Assembly (NCBI RefSeq): GCF_036321535.1
Contig: NC_087436.1
Coordinates: forward strand, 12,586,001 to 12,650,000
Direction of reading: 5' to 3'
DNA from: Camelus dromedarius
Taxonomy: Eukaryota
Length of the DNA: 64,000 nucleotides
Shown: positions 52,220 to 64,000 of the stretch, one piece after another
Layout of the letters: each line of letters begins with the position of its first letter
Numbering within the stretch: position 1 is the first letter of the stretch
The notes under the pieces: model-generated
Told to the model about the DNA's origin: nothing
What the model saw: the letters and a program-made list of their open reading frames with translations, nothing else
Database searches by the model: none
Made by a program: the position numbers and the translations under genes

Positions 52220-52540
52220 TCTCCCTGTCTGAAACTTTCCTCTATTAGACTTAATTCCAACCCCTGGAGCTTCATATTGAAGTCTCCCTTCCATACGCCA
52301 GCTCTTCAAACATTCGAAGACAGCAATCATATTCCCCTTGTAAATATTATATTAATATTTACAGACTAAACAGACCCAAATACTTCAGCTGTTCATTGTC
52401 CTTGTCACACAGTTTCCAAGTTCTCCCCAGTTGTCCAGGTTTAATTAAATACTGGTTCCCAAAACCAAACATTCCAGATATAGTCTGAGCAAAATAAAAT
52501 TATTTGGTCTGGATACTACATAACTTTCTAATTTTTGTCT
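52220..52540 (-). mobile_element. L3/CR1 fragment
   Basis: CCCTTCCATACGCCAGCTCTTCAAACATTCGAAGACAGCAATCAT...CCCAAAACCAAACATTCCAGATATAGTCTGA. Confidence 0.55.
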
Positions 52541-52547
52541 TGAATTA

Positions 52548-52748
52548 CAGTTAACCCTTAAACAAAACAGAGGTCGGAGCGCTGAGCCTCTACACAGTAG
52601 AAAACCCACACATAACTTACAGTTGGCCCTCCACATCCACAGATGCACCCAACCTGGGATCCTGTGGTACTGCAGCATTTACTAAGAAAAACACCTGTGT
52701 ACAAGTAGACCTGCACAATTCAAACCTGTGTTGTTCCAGGGTCAACTG
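52548..52748 (-). mobile_element. MER8/Tigger2a-type MITE
   Basis: TIRs CAGTTAACCCTTAAACAA / TTGTTCCAGGGTCAACTG; same family as 32175-32367. Confidence 0.85.
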
Positions 52749-54467
52749 TGTGGTAATTTGACAATCTCTGGAATAGAATGACTCTTATTCTGGTTTTGAC
52801 AAAATAATTAGGTTTTTACTCCTGGCTGGTCGGCTTTCATTCTTTGCCATCTTATTTATTTAATTATAAAACCATGATATACAAAGAGAAGAATGTATAA
52901 CATAATTTTAAAAATAAAAACATACACTCACCACCCAGGTTTAGAATAGAAAATTATCAATACCTTAGAAGTCTCTCTTGCATCCTTTCAATTTCTCCTT
53001 CTAGCCCTTAAAGTAATCATGATCCTAATTTTAAAGTGTTGATCATTCTCTTGCTTTTCTTTATAGTTTTACCATATATTCATTCATCCCTAAACAATAT
53101 ATTTAGTTTTGCTTGGCTTTATTTTCCTACTCATAATTTCCCATTGCTTCAATTCCTTCCATTTAAAATTTGAATTCTTTTGTATTTTAATTATTTTTAA
53201 ATAGGCCACCTCGTATCTTTCATGGGATGAAGGATGAAAGTGGATAACCCATCCATCACCAGTAAAACGATACAGACACGATAAAGGGAAGGTTAATGTT
53301 CTACTTAGGTCAGCCTGCTCCATCAATATGAGACAATGCCATCTCTCCCCATTAAGAAACTGAGCTGAGGGGAAGTCGAACATCTTTCTACCTTTCTCCT
53401 AAGTTGGGTTTTATAATAGGGCTTTAGAATGTATGTAAGTTCCCTGAATTAATGAAGTACATATTTAAAGAACATTCAAGGATAAATACATATGACGACT
53501 GTGTTTGGATTAGTTTCAATTTATTCATACCTCCTATCTAAATATAAATATTTGTGAGTTGATTATAGAAAATTTTCTTGTCATGTGAAAACTTTCAAAA
53601 TAGAACATCAGATTGAAAGAACTGAAAATAAAAATCATTATTGCCTAAAACTTCACATAAAATCTTAAAGCAATGAAATAATTCCCTTATTTACCAATTT
53701 AAATTAAAGCACGCCTGACATCAATCTCCTCACCAAGGCCTTAGAGGTGTCGTGAAGAAAGCCTCTTAATCCCCCTCCCCAAGTCAGGTTCACTAAGTTG
53801 GCAGCTCCCTGCCCACAGCATAAACCACAATAAATAAAAGTAAATAAATAAAGGTGCAGAGATTTTTCGAAGTCCGAATAAGTGAGGTTTAAAAAAACAC
53901 TGATGCAAAAATGAGAAAAAGGTGATTGCAAAAAGAGAAGAGATCACAGAGAGCCCAAATGCATTTCAACACAAGAACTTAAAAACCTTACGTCAGCAAA
54001 TCACAGGAAAAAAAATTAAGAAATAAAGGAAAACAAACACAGCTATCTCATCATATTTATCAATCCCCCTCAGAAGCTTAGGGAGTGCTTTCATAGGGCA
54101 AGTAATCCTATTTTTGCTCAGTATCTCCCCTTTCCCTCTAGTTCTTGTGAGAGAAGAAGTAACTTCCCAGCGCTCTGGTATCATTACATCCATGCTCGAC
54201 ATATCTAAACTTCACATCTAGGAATCCCTCAAGGGATTCTTGACCACTCAAGGAAACTTGATTTGTGATTTCTCAAGGAAACATATGGCGACACCTAATT
54301 CACACAAATGAGACATTTAAATTAATAAACATTTCTCTGCTTGAATTATTTGGTTCTTGGTAAATACTATAACTTTATAGTGCAGAATAACAATCTTAAA
54401 CCTGCTTTCCAAAGACTCATAATGGCTCACTTAGAACCTTACAAATTCTGTGCCCCAAATTACAACA

Positions 54468-54884
54468 CAGCTATTCCCCACTTTTCCAAAGTTTACTTTA
54501 TGCCACTTCACTTTTCTAAAGGACCTATATTACTACCTGTTTCTAAGTAAAAGAAATCCGAATAGGATTTTCCCTTCTACAAAAAAAGGCAAAAAGCAAA
54601 AACAGTGTTCAGCATTTGTTTTGCAGTAATTTCATTACAGAGGCACTATGCAGCTCAAACATCCAGACTGGCGCCACCAAGCTCCTTCCCCAAGAAATAC
54701 ACTCATGGCTTAGCATCAAATCATCACAGCTTTGAACTGTGTCTCTGAGCATCTGTGCTCTACCTTGCTCTATTGTATCTGTTAGCAAGATGTGTCCTAA
54801 GGTAATTGCTTCTTTGCTTTATGCCATTTTGGCTTACTAAAGGTTTCACAGGAACGCTCCACTTTGGATAGTGGAGGAAACTTG
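54468..54884. mobile_element. TcMar-Tigger-type non-autonomous DNA transposon
   Basis: Imperfect TIRs (CAGCTATTCCCCACTTTTCCAAAGT / ACTTTGGATAGTGGAGGAAACTTG); internal GCTTTGAACTGTGTCTCTGAGCATCTGTGCT resembles a recalled repeat; subfamily uncertain. Confidence 0.7.
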
Positions 54885-57009
54885 CACTTTCATAAATTTA
54901 TAACTACATATTTGGTCACCTTTGGACCTAAAATCAACATAGTAGTGGAAGAAAAAAAACCATACACACATATGTCAGATATGCTGCTAATCTGTTTACC
55001 CTCTACCTGGCCAGTAAACAAGCAGACTGGAACACGTATGCTGAAATAAAGGTAACAAGAAAAAAATTAATTTTATGAGCTCATAGTCTTAACAACCCAT
55101 CTACAAAACAGCATTAAAAAAAAAAAAGAAGAGTAAAAAATCAAGTATCTCTAATAACAGCATCCTTAGAAAATATAACAAAGGAAATCAAAATCTGCAA
55201 AAAAAAAAGGGAAGTTAAGTGAACATAGCTAGCTATTATATAAAAGAAGCTGGAGTTGTACATCCTAGTTTACAATTTTTATTTATTCAATTTTGTTTAT
55301 TCTTGATTAATTTGTGTATAAGAATCAAGCTATACTGTTTAAACACAAAAGAAATGAGGGGTTTCAGACCAAATTATCAGACACTACAATTACAACAGAC
55401 TGATGTTCTCAATGATTGCATTCCTATATGCTTTTTAACCTAAAGTTATAAACACAATTACAGTAGAAATCATTATCAGTGTAGTATATAAGATTATATT
55501 TACTAAAATCAATGCAGGAAGGTATACAGTTAGCCAAATAAATAATTTTCTTAAAATATGAATTATTATATATATAAAAATCCACAGAGAGGCCATTTTT
55601 ATAACTCAAATATCACTTGCTATAAGTAATGGTCCACATGTCACTAATATATCTTTAACCAAATATTACAAATTTAAGAAGCAAGAAAATCCAAGTTGTT
55701 GTCAACATTTTGGTGATTTAGAGCTTCTAATCTATTGGGGAAATTAGAGTTCTTTATTTTGTTTTCTTTTGTTTCGAATCTCCAGAGGGAAGTGTACTCT
55801 TCTTAGAGGTAACGCACTACCAGGTCTTCGATAGGGGATGTATTACTCTAGGATAGAGGCTGAATTGCTCTAGATAGATGCCAGATTTGAAATTAACTAA
55901 TAAGAGTAGATAATATATTTAATCTTAACCAAAAGATCTGGAAGCAACTGACACTGAACAATCTTAAAGTGGTTAAAAGCACAGATGATCACTTGAATGA
56001 ATCCATCACAGTAAAACCATTTTTCTAAAACATCTGTCTCCATTCACTAGTCCATTCATTATATAGCATAAGCAACTACTGTCTACTAAATATTAAATAG
56101 GGAGCAGAAATAAAGGCATGACAGGCTTAAGACTAAGTACAAGTTCTTATACAGATTTCCCTGACTCTAAACCCCCCAAAGTAAGTAAGCCTTAGAGGAG
56201 AGGAAAATCAATATAACATTGAAATTCCTTTTAAAGCCACATTAAAATATGTATTTAGGTGACACCATGTGGCAAAATTATGAATTGCTGCTGATATCTA
56301 AGAATGCAACACATATGCAAATTTACTGTGGTCTTTGATACAAGAGGAAAGAATGTATAAACATGATTTTTTAAAATATTAAATAAAAATGACATTAAAT
56401 TTATAAATTAAAAAGCAATAGCTACTATTAAAACCAGTATACTAGAACAAGTATTTTAGGAATGTATTAACCAAAGATACCAAGAAATTATAGAATAAAG
56501 GGTCAAGCATGACTAAATAAATGTATAAAGTAAATGAAATCAGATGATAACTAATTAGTTAATAACTTGTCTATCGAACAAATACTGGTCACATGGTATG
56601 TTTTAATACACATTATTTTCCTAGATTCTCTGTTACAAAAAGAAAACTAATTTCCAAACTGTTAAGTAATTAGCTTGTTTTTTTAATAAAATCTTGGTTT
56701 TGATTATAATCAATGACAAATTCAGGGAAGGAAATAAAAAAGCAATTATCTGTCATGATGAAAATGAAATAGGTAACTGACCCTCTCATTTTTCTTATCC
56801 AGTTGTTCTGCTGTGAAGCAGATATAAGGCTTTGAATTGTATAAAGGAAGGAAGGTTAAATTGAGAAAAGAATTAATTCCTGCAAAAGCAGCTCTTGATT
56901 TTAAACTATTTGAATTCAAATATCTATCTTGGTACATGTGAAAAAAAAAACTATTATTTTGGTGCTTCATAGATTTTTTTTATTTTAATCAAAACCGTAA
57001 ATTTGGGGG

Positions 57010-57185
57010 ATAACAGTGCCCCTGGAGCTCACCCAGCAAAACCCTGATATTTTAGAGATGAATGCATTGAGGTCCACAGAGACTAAATGATCCATTTGCT
57101 ATTCTGAGGTTATAGTTTGTGGGCAGCTGAGACTACAGGTTCTTTTACTTTTACTTGATTACTCATTACTCTATTAAGCTGCTTC
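57010..57185 (-). mobile_element. MIR-family SINE fragment
   Basis: ATTTTAGAGATGAATGCATTGAGGTCCACAGAGACTAAATGA. Confidence 0.6.
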
Positions 57186-58399
57186 TCTCACTGTAGTAAT
57201 AATAATATTACCCACAATATTATCCACAATAATTACAGTCCATTAATACAAATATTAGTAAGATTAAGAATTATGAGTAATACCAGATGATGATCTTTCA
57301 GAAAAGTAACGGAAATACATTTTCATGAACAACTGTGCCCTCTCAGAGGTTCAAAGACACAGAGTTGAGTTAATGGAATTTTCATCCTACTGGATGGTCA
57401 TATGAAAACAAATTAATGTATAAATGGTTCATGCTTGTCCTACTCAACTAGATGAATTAAAGCAAATTCAGCAAATTATTTTTGTTTTTTAAAATGTTTG
57501 AAAAAATATGAAAGTTAGAAAATTAGAAAGAAAAGCATAACTTTCTAAAAATATTTTTCTTCTAATTATGTATAATTTAAAACTTTAATTATAATGTAAT
57601 CATTATATTGTATTTAGTTTAAGTGTCTCAAAACTATTCCTTAAATTAGAAAAAAATTAGAGAAAGTTTCTGTTTCAAAGCAATTTATTGGCAATTTTTT
57701 AAAAGCAACATTTTATTTTTGCATTTCTGCCCATCAATCTGGAAATAATGCTAGCTCATAAGAAAAAAGCACCAATTATTTTTCAGATTTAAACTTCTCA
57801 GAACAGTATACCTTCATTCTGCTATGCCTGATTCATAACTTTCAACCAAGTTACAAGGGGTAACAGAAAACAAAACTTAGTTCCCTAATATTTAAATATT
57901 AAAGGGATAGCAAATATAATGGCTATCATGCTTAGAATACAAGTATACTTAGTATTTTAGCACAAAATGACCAGAAAAACATTAAAGATTCTGATGAGGT
58001 ATGTCATTACAAAGTCAAATATAAGAAGCAACACACAAATTAGCTACAAAATGAATATTGAAATAAAGAAAGTACAGACGATATTAAAAAGATGAATATT
58101 CGCACATAAAATGGTTCACAAAAATCAGAATGGGTTCACCTAGAAAAAAAGTACTTGCTCAGAGGCCAAGCAAGCACAGTCAGCAAGTTGTATTAAAAAC
58201 ATACATATATTTGCAAAGTTTTAAAAAAGCAGGACTGATGAAATTTCAATTAACTAAAGTCCACATCTTTTACATTTCTAATCCTGAAAATCTGACTGAA
58301 ATCACCAAAGCGAACACTATCCAGAACTGTCTGCCATTAGGCCACCATCATGCTGTTCTTCTAATAGGTATTTGCTCATGTTGTGCCCCTCTCTGCCCA

Positions 58400-58620
58400 T
58401 AATCTCGCCTCAAGGTTCACAACTCAGATGAAGTGGGAGGGTGCACTTCTGTACTCTCAAAAGAAGCTATGCACAGAGTTTGTGGGTCTGCCTTCTTCAG
58501 TAGACTGAGACTCCTTAAGAGCCAAAACAATGTTTTATTTATCTTTAGCTTCGGATTGCTTAGGAAAGGACAATGAACATAATGAGAGGCATTCAAATAA
58601 GATTTGTTCTTTAATTAAAT
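58400..58620 (+). mobile_element. L2 3' end
   Basis: TAGACTGAGACTCCTTAAGAGCC...TGTTTTATTTATCTTT...GGCATTCAAATAAG. Confidence 0.6.
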
Positions 58621-61600
58621 TTCATCAGTTATGGCTAAACAACAGCAAAAAAGTCAGATGAAATCAATTCAGTGGCACAAGCTGGTTTGTGACAGAGAAT
58701 CTTTCCCCCTGTTTAAAAAGTTTTAGGTGGTCATTAAACTAAAAACTACCACTTGCATCAGTATTAAAAAACACAGAAATGAGAAAAGAAATGCCTTGCC
58801 TATAATTGTTTGTTAATAAATTATTTAACAAGGTGAATTATCAACACGCACTGAGGCTACCTCCCTCCTCCCAGTAAGTATTCTCCTGGACTTTCCTTTA
58901 TCTCCTTGATTTGCTCACTCCACTCTTAGACAGAGAAGAATCTCCCAGTGGAAAGAGTGGCAATACTGGAAGGCCCCGATTCAAAACAGAGGCAAAGTTT
59001 TAGGGAAGGTAGGATTATTCACACCGACAGTCTGATCCATTATTAAACAGATACAAAATTATGAAATAGAAAAGGCTTATATTAAAAAATGTGATATTGA
59101 ATGACCCAAGATGTTTCCATACATCAAATATTTAGTATAGTACGTCTCCTAGCCCCTACGTCTACATTCTACCCATCAAACCCAGAGATCCCACTGATTA
59201 CAGGTTCCTAATATAGCAAGGCGATACACAATTTCTTATCCTGTTGGCTAGGTGATGAGTTTCCAGTGAGGTTAGGGAGGTTGTTTTCTGATATTATGAA
59301 GGTCTATATTTAAAGTTAAAAAAAAAAATGAGGGTTCAATTTTTGGCATTAACCCCAGCAATCAGCTTTTCTTAAAATATTTTGCTTAAAGCAGAGCTCA
59401 CTATAAATGGACCAAAAAAAAAAAACCCTAAATATTTTAAATTTGATTTCAAGGTGCTGTACACTACTACACACCAAGTACACTTAGGATTCTGGTAAGA
59501 GCCCTAAATGGTGACCAGAGGTACTCTGATTTTTAGTACTTATATAATATAGATGCCCGCTAGCCCTTGAAAAAAATTCTATTTTCCTCAACACCAATGA
59601 TACTCATTTAACTAAATAAAGTCTAATTTTTTCCCTCAAACTTGAAAAATGGGCATAGTAATGCCAAAACAATGTGAATAGTAAAGACACATTCTTAAAG
59701 AGCTCTGAAATAAAAAGGTAAATGACTATTTCTATTACATGTAATAGTCAAAGATCATCAAGGTAAGACTTAATAGTAATGCTCGAAATAGCATCAAAAC
59801 TGAGAGGGTAACAGAAGAGTGTCAAAGCAAATTTAAAAAAAAAAAACTCACTATACCCAAAGAAAACATCTTAGAGTAGTAGTTAAATTCACTATCTAGA
59901 AAACCAGATGCAAACTCTTCAAGAAAATAGAGCCAAAAGACGATTTAATACTTTATGAATACCATATGAGGACCTCAAGGAACCAGTAACAACCTCTCAA
60001 GATCTCAGAAAAATCCAATGCTTGAAACATGCAGGATATCAATGACACAGCACCTCTTCCCCTCTAAGAACACACCACTACCACCAACTCATCTCAACCC
60101 GGAGCCACCCAAAGAAACCCTGCAACCTTTATCTAAAAGGAACTGTACCTAAAAAGGCATCAGCTCTTTGAAGCCCAGAGGATCCAAAATTAACAGAAGG
60201 AGAAAGTAAGCCAAAACACTGCCGCAGGTTTTGGTCTACTCTTAACCTGCCGTGTGGCAATATGTAACCTCCTGGCTGTCTACAGTTCCTGCTCCTATTT
60301 TCATGATTTCTGAACATTGTATTTTTGTTTTCTTATCACAGAGTCCCAGACCCCTGATCTCTGATTTTCTCACTGCCCTAAATTTTTTCTCTTCCTCCTC
60401 AGTTGCCTCCTAACTCAAACTTCACTCATATTTCTAGTCAATCACAATAAGGATTTTTGTGTTACCGTCTGCAGACAAGGTCTTAGGCCTTGTGTTTACC
60501 ACCCCTAGTCATTGAAATTTTTGGCTTATATTTAGATCTTAGCTCTTGTCTCTGATGGTGAATTAAAACTGAAAAAATATATAAAACACAAATTGTTCAA
60601 TTTTTTATTATTAGCAGTTCTGATGTAATGTTGATAAAATCTGAAATAGATGACTAAAGCAAACTGCCTGTGCCCCCTTAGAATTTCCTTTATTGAAGCT
60701 AACTGTATCCCTAATGAATATAATGAAGTTAGGAATAAAGGAACGGCTTTTCTTTCAGAACTATAGGTGAGCAGGAGTTAACTATGGTCCTAAAAACATC
60801 TTAATAATGGAATTAGAAGTAGATGAGTAAACCATGTCTAAACAGAAAATGTGACATAAAATAAACTAAAAAGACTGTTTTAAGAATCTTGAAAATTTAA
60901 GTTAGATTTGTAAGGGAATGAGTAGACAGAAATAAAATGTTTCAGCATCACCAAGTTAGATCACACACAAGTATCTTGCTCAGCAACTGAATACATAATA
61001 TTCTACTCCAAAAGAGTAATTTGATCCCTTCTTCTCTAAGAACCCTAATGTGTATCATTTGCTATCCACCTAATTTTATCTTTAACTTAGACTGCCTTTA
61101 TTAAAAGAAAATGGAAGGCTTCTATTTTGTTTATTAATGGAAATCATACCTAAGAATTTACTAACTTAGATGATTGTAAAATTCCCAAATATTTCCAAAC
61201 TAATAACTGAGGACACTGCTGAAAAGCTTCTTGCAGAAAGCCCTACCTTCAGCCCTAAAATTCTGATGCCAGGTCCAAATCAGAATCTCCTTAAGATATG
61301 GATAATACCAAGGGAGTGGCCATGATGGGGAAGAAGTCTATACAATGTATAAAAACTACTCTCCCTTTAGCAATGTTTTTCCTTTTTGATTACCTTTTCT
61401 TAACAACTGAGGATATCAATTTTAAGTAGATATAAGTGTCAGTAGTAAGATCCTGAAACTATACAACAAATCAATTTTAAGCTACAAGTTTGACAATTAT
61501 AATCAGGAAACAATTATAATCCTTCTTAGGAGAATTTTCCTTTCTATTGTTATTTTCAAGAGGGCATTATTCTTCTAATATTATTTTGGGCACAAAGTAA

Positions 61601-62387
61601 TAACCAATTGAAATCTACAGCTGCATTAAAAAAGTGAGATAAACTGGTGTGGGGCAGGAGTGGGAAGGGGTAAGGGGAGAGGCCAACATAACAGTAAAAC
61701 AATAGGCAGCAGGAAAATGTCAAAGAGACATTCTCTTCCTTCACAATGCCAAATACTTAGTTAGCATGTGGCCCAAAGCTTTCTTAATTAGCCCTCAAAA
61801 TGCTTTAGAGAAACCTTTTTTAAAGCATGACATTAACAAGAATGCTCATAAACATCTCTTAATGATGCTTTTTGTCTTTCATGAGCAGTAATGACAAATT
61901 TCCAGATTGGTGAGCATAAGGCTATGTCTACACATGACCCATCTGAAATGCCTCTGATTTCACCAAATCCCTATCCCTGCCTTCAAAAATATATTATTGT
62001 GTAGACTTCACCAAATATGCAGGAACACTTTATAAACTGGTTTAAGAAAAAAAAATCCCGTAACTTATATAGAAATTATTATTGCAAATGAGGATCAGGC
62101 ATTATGAAAACAATAAATTGATGAAACAGGATTGTGAATTCTAAAGTCAACCAAATCCAAATGTTTCCCCCTACACCAAGTAAATAATGTTTAAAAAGCT
62201 AGATACAGGAAGATTACACAGAAGAACAGTCTCAACAAAATTTTCCACAAATTCCTAAAATTGAGGTAAAATTCATGTTAAATACTCACCACTAATGTTG
62301 AGTTCAAAAGAAATAAATGTATAAATAATCTACAGTACTTCCTAATTTCATATTCTACAATATTATTTAAAGTATTTTTAAACTTAC

Positions 62388-63170
62388 CCAAATGAAGTAA
62401 TGTAAACTGGGCCGCCAGTTCCTTTGCATCTTCTAACGTAGTGCAGAGTTTGTCTGGCATGAAGTAGCTCTGGGATCCATTTGCAATAGCAGGAATGACA
62501 ATTTTATACACCAAGAGTACTTTCCCATCTTGACTTGTTGTTGAATATAAATAATATTCTGGTGGTGCCCAATTATTTTTGTTGCAGTAATAATCCAAAT
62601 GCATTACTGCAGAATTGAAATGATTAGATTTTAAAGAATACATACTAATTGGAGTAAGCTTTGTTCCAGGATAAAATGGGTAAGCGCATCTTTCAATTTC
62701 AGTGGGGCTTGGGCTATGCTGGCCATTGAGACGAGCTGGAAGAGTTAGTGGCTTGCCTAGAGTTTTTGGGTAGCTCTCTTCTTTGTTAGCAAACACAATC
62801 AGGTTTTCAGAATTGGGGCTAATCTGACCATTAAGATGCTGTCTCCAAGTGTTTTCTTTATTTACTGGTTTTGCCAGTGTTACCTCAATACTTGCTCCAT
62901 CAATGCATTTTCCATTCATAACAGACATAGCAGACACAGCATCATCTCGGTTGAAAAAGTGAACAAAAGCATAATCTCTAAGTTTCTTTACTCGTTCAAC
63001 TGCACCAGGTTTGAATTTATTGAATTCGGCTTTAATTGTTTCCTCTGTAGTTGAGATCATTAAATTTCGTACATAGAGAACCTTAACTCTCTGCATGGTT
63101 TCCTCATCAACCTCCTTCTCTGGGTCAGCCCAGTCCACCTGAATAGTATGGCCCCAGAGCTGGAAGGTGC
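62388..63170 (-). CDS. RBM46: RBM46 783-nt coding exon: end of RRM2, RRM3, linker and dsRBD-like (DND1_DSRM-type) domain
   Basis: Acceptor TTCTTTACAG|GCACCTTC at 63171/63170. Open frame [37 protein letters not shown]...[13 protein letters not shown]. Donor TTGG|GTAAGT at 62388/62387. Joins in frame across the 492-nt intron 63171-63662. Confidence 0.97.
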
Positions 63171-63662
63171 CTGTAAAGAAGAAGAAATTAATCTGAAGAC
63201 AATTAAAACAAAGTCAAAATTAACTAAAACTGTTTCTCCAAAAAGGCATAGGCTCAAATACATATCAACTATATTTGTGGTTAAGCATTCACTCTCCTAC
63301 TTACACAAAAATTTTTACTAAGGTGAACCCAGCCAGAATTTTAAGAGTCAAGAGGAAGACCTTTATTAGAAAAATCAGGTACTGTCCTTTGGACTGTTAC
63401 CAAACAACAATTAACAGCTCAGTAAAAGTGTATACATTCAGTAAAGTAAACGAGTAAAGTATTATAAATAATGACTCATTTTATAGAAACTACTTCATGT
63501 CTTTTAGAATCATTTGATTTATTTTACTTCCTTAATCTTTATTCCTCTTTAAGGGTACTACATATTTTCATAATACTGATCTATGAGGTACTGGGTACTG
63601 TCATTTTTCCACATGTATAGTAAGGTGAACATGGAAACATAACCTTTAAAGGATATGTTTAC

Positions 63663-64000
63663 CTGGAATTAGCTTTCTCCTAGCCATAGCAGCAGCTCTG
63701 TGAGATTCATATTCAACAAATGCAAAACCCCGATTTTTGGTCTTATCAGTTGCACTTGGATAAACGATGACATCTACAACTCCTTCTGTAACTTTCTTCA
63801 TTTCATCCAAAATTTCTTCCTTCTTCTTTTCCTTTGGAATAGCTCCAATGAATAATCTGCAGTTATCCAAGCTTACACACACACCAATAAACTTCCCTGG
63901 TCGAATCTCATAATTATTAAGAATTCTGATGGCTAACTGGGCTTCTTCTTTCGTAGTATACATCACAAAAGCATAACCTCGATTTTCACCACTAAATTCC
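63663..64000 (-). CDS. RBM46: RBM46 coding exon (5'-truncated by window edge): end of RRM1 and most of RRM2
   Basis: Translates [112 protein letters not shown](G), with two RNP1 motifs ([16 protein letters not shown]). Donor CAG|GTAAAC at 63663/63662, phase 1. Confidence 0.97.

Larger units (their letters stand above)
34166..62387 (-). other. RBM46: RBM46 last intron of the main isoform (28,222 nt, GT-AG, phase 1)
   Basis: Bounded by GTAAGT (62387) and TTACAG (34166); flanking exons join in frame. Confidence 0.93.

Noticed and set aside
62278..62387. ORF-track extension [13 protein letters not shown]...VVSI after LHL
   Set aside because: Read-through past a consensus GTAAGT donor into AT-rich intron; no nearby poly(A) signal seen to support an intronic-termination isoform.
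63646..63662. ORF-track tail KHIL*
   Set aside because: Intronic; splicing at CAG|GTAAAC restores the RBM46 frame.
1..64000. A wholly novel multi-gene system
   Set aside because: Apart from RBM46 exons, the ORFs are short and either repeat-derived or unsupported; nothing in the sequence supports such a claim.

Overview
AT-rich mammalian genomic DNA, probably a camelid (inferred from L1 3' tails; no Alu, BovB/Bov-A, PRE-1 or SINEC seen). The only supportable protein-coding gene is the 3' part of RBM46 on the minus strand, a germ-cell RNA-binding protein with 3 RRMs and a dsRBD-like domain. It comprises a truncated exon (64000-63663), a 783-nt exon (63170-62388), a 28.2-kb phase-1 intron and the main terminal exon (CDS 34165-33966; 3' UTR to about 33205). 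The long intron holds in-phase alternative C-terminal exons: DREHSLFSLDLCRRIWRK* (42107) and GPF* (35224), which match human isoforms as I recall them, plus two weaker candidates I do not recognise (34530, 53808). Positions 1-33200 are intergenic and, like the intron, are largely transposable-element relics (L1, L2, MIR, L3, MaLR/ERVL/ERV1 LTRs, hAT and Tigger MITEs). There are no CRISPR arrays or rRNA/tRNA genes, and I found no convincing novel biological system. Repeat subfamily names are from memory of consensus sequences and old-repeat boundaries are approximate.
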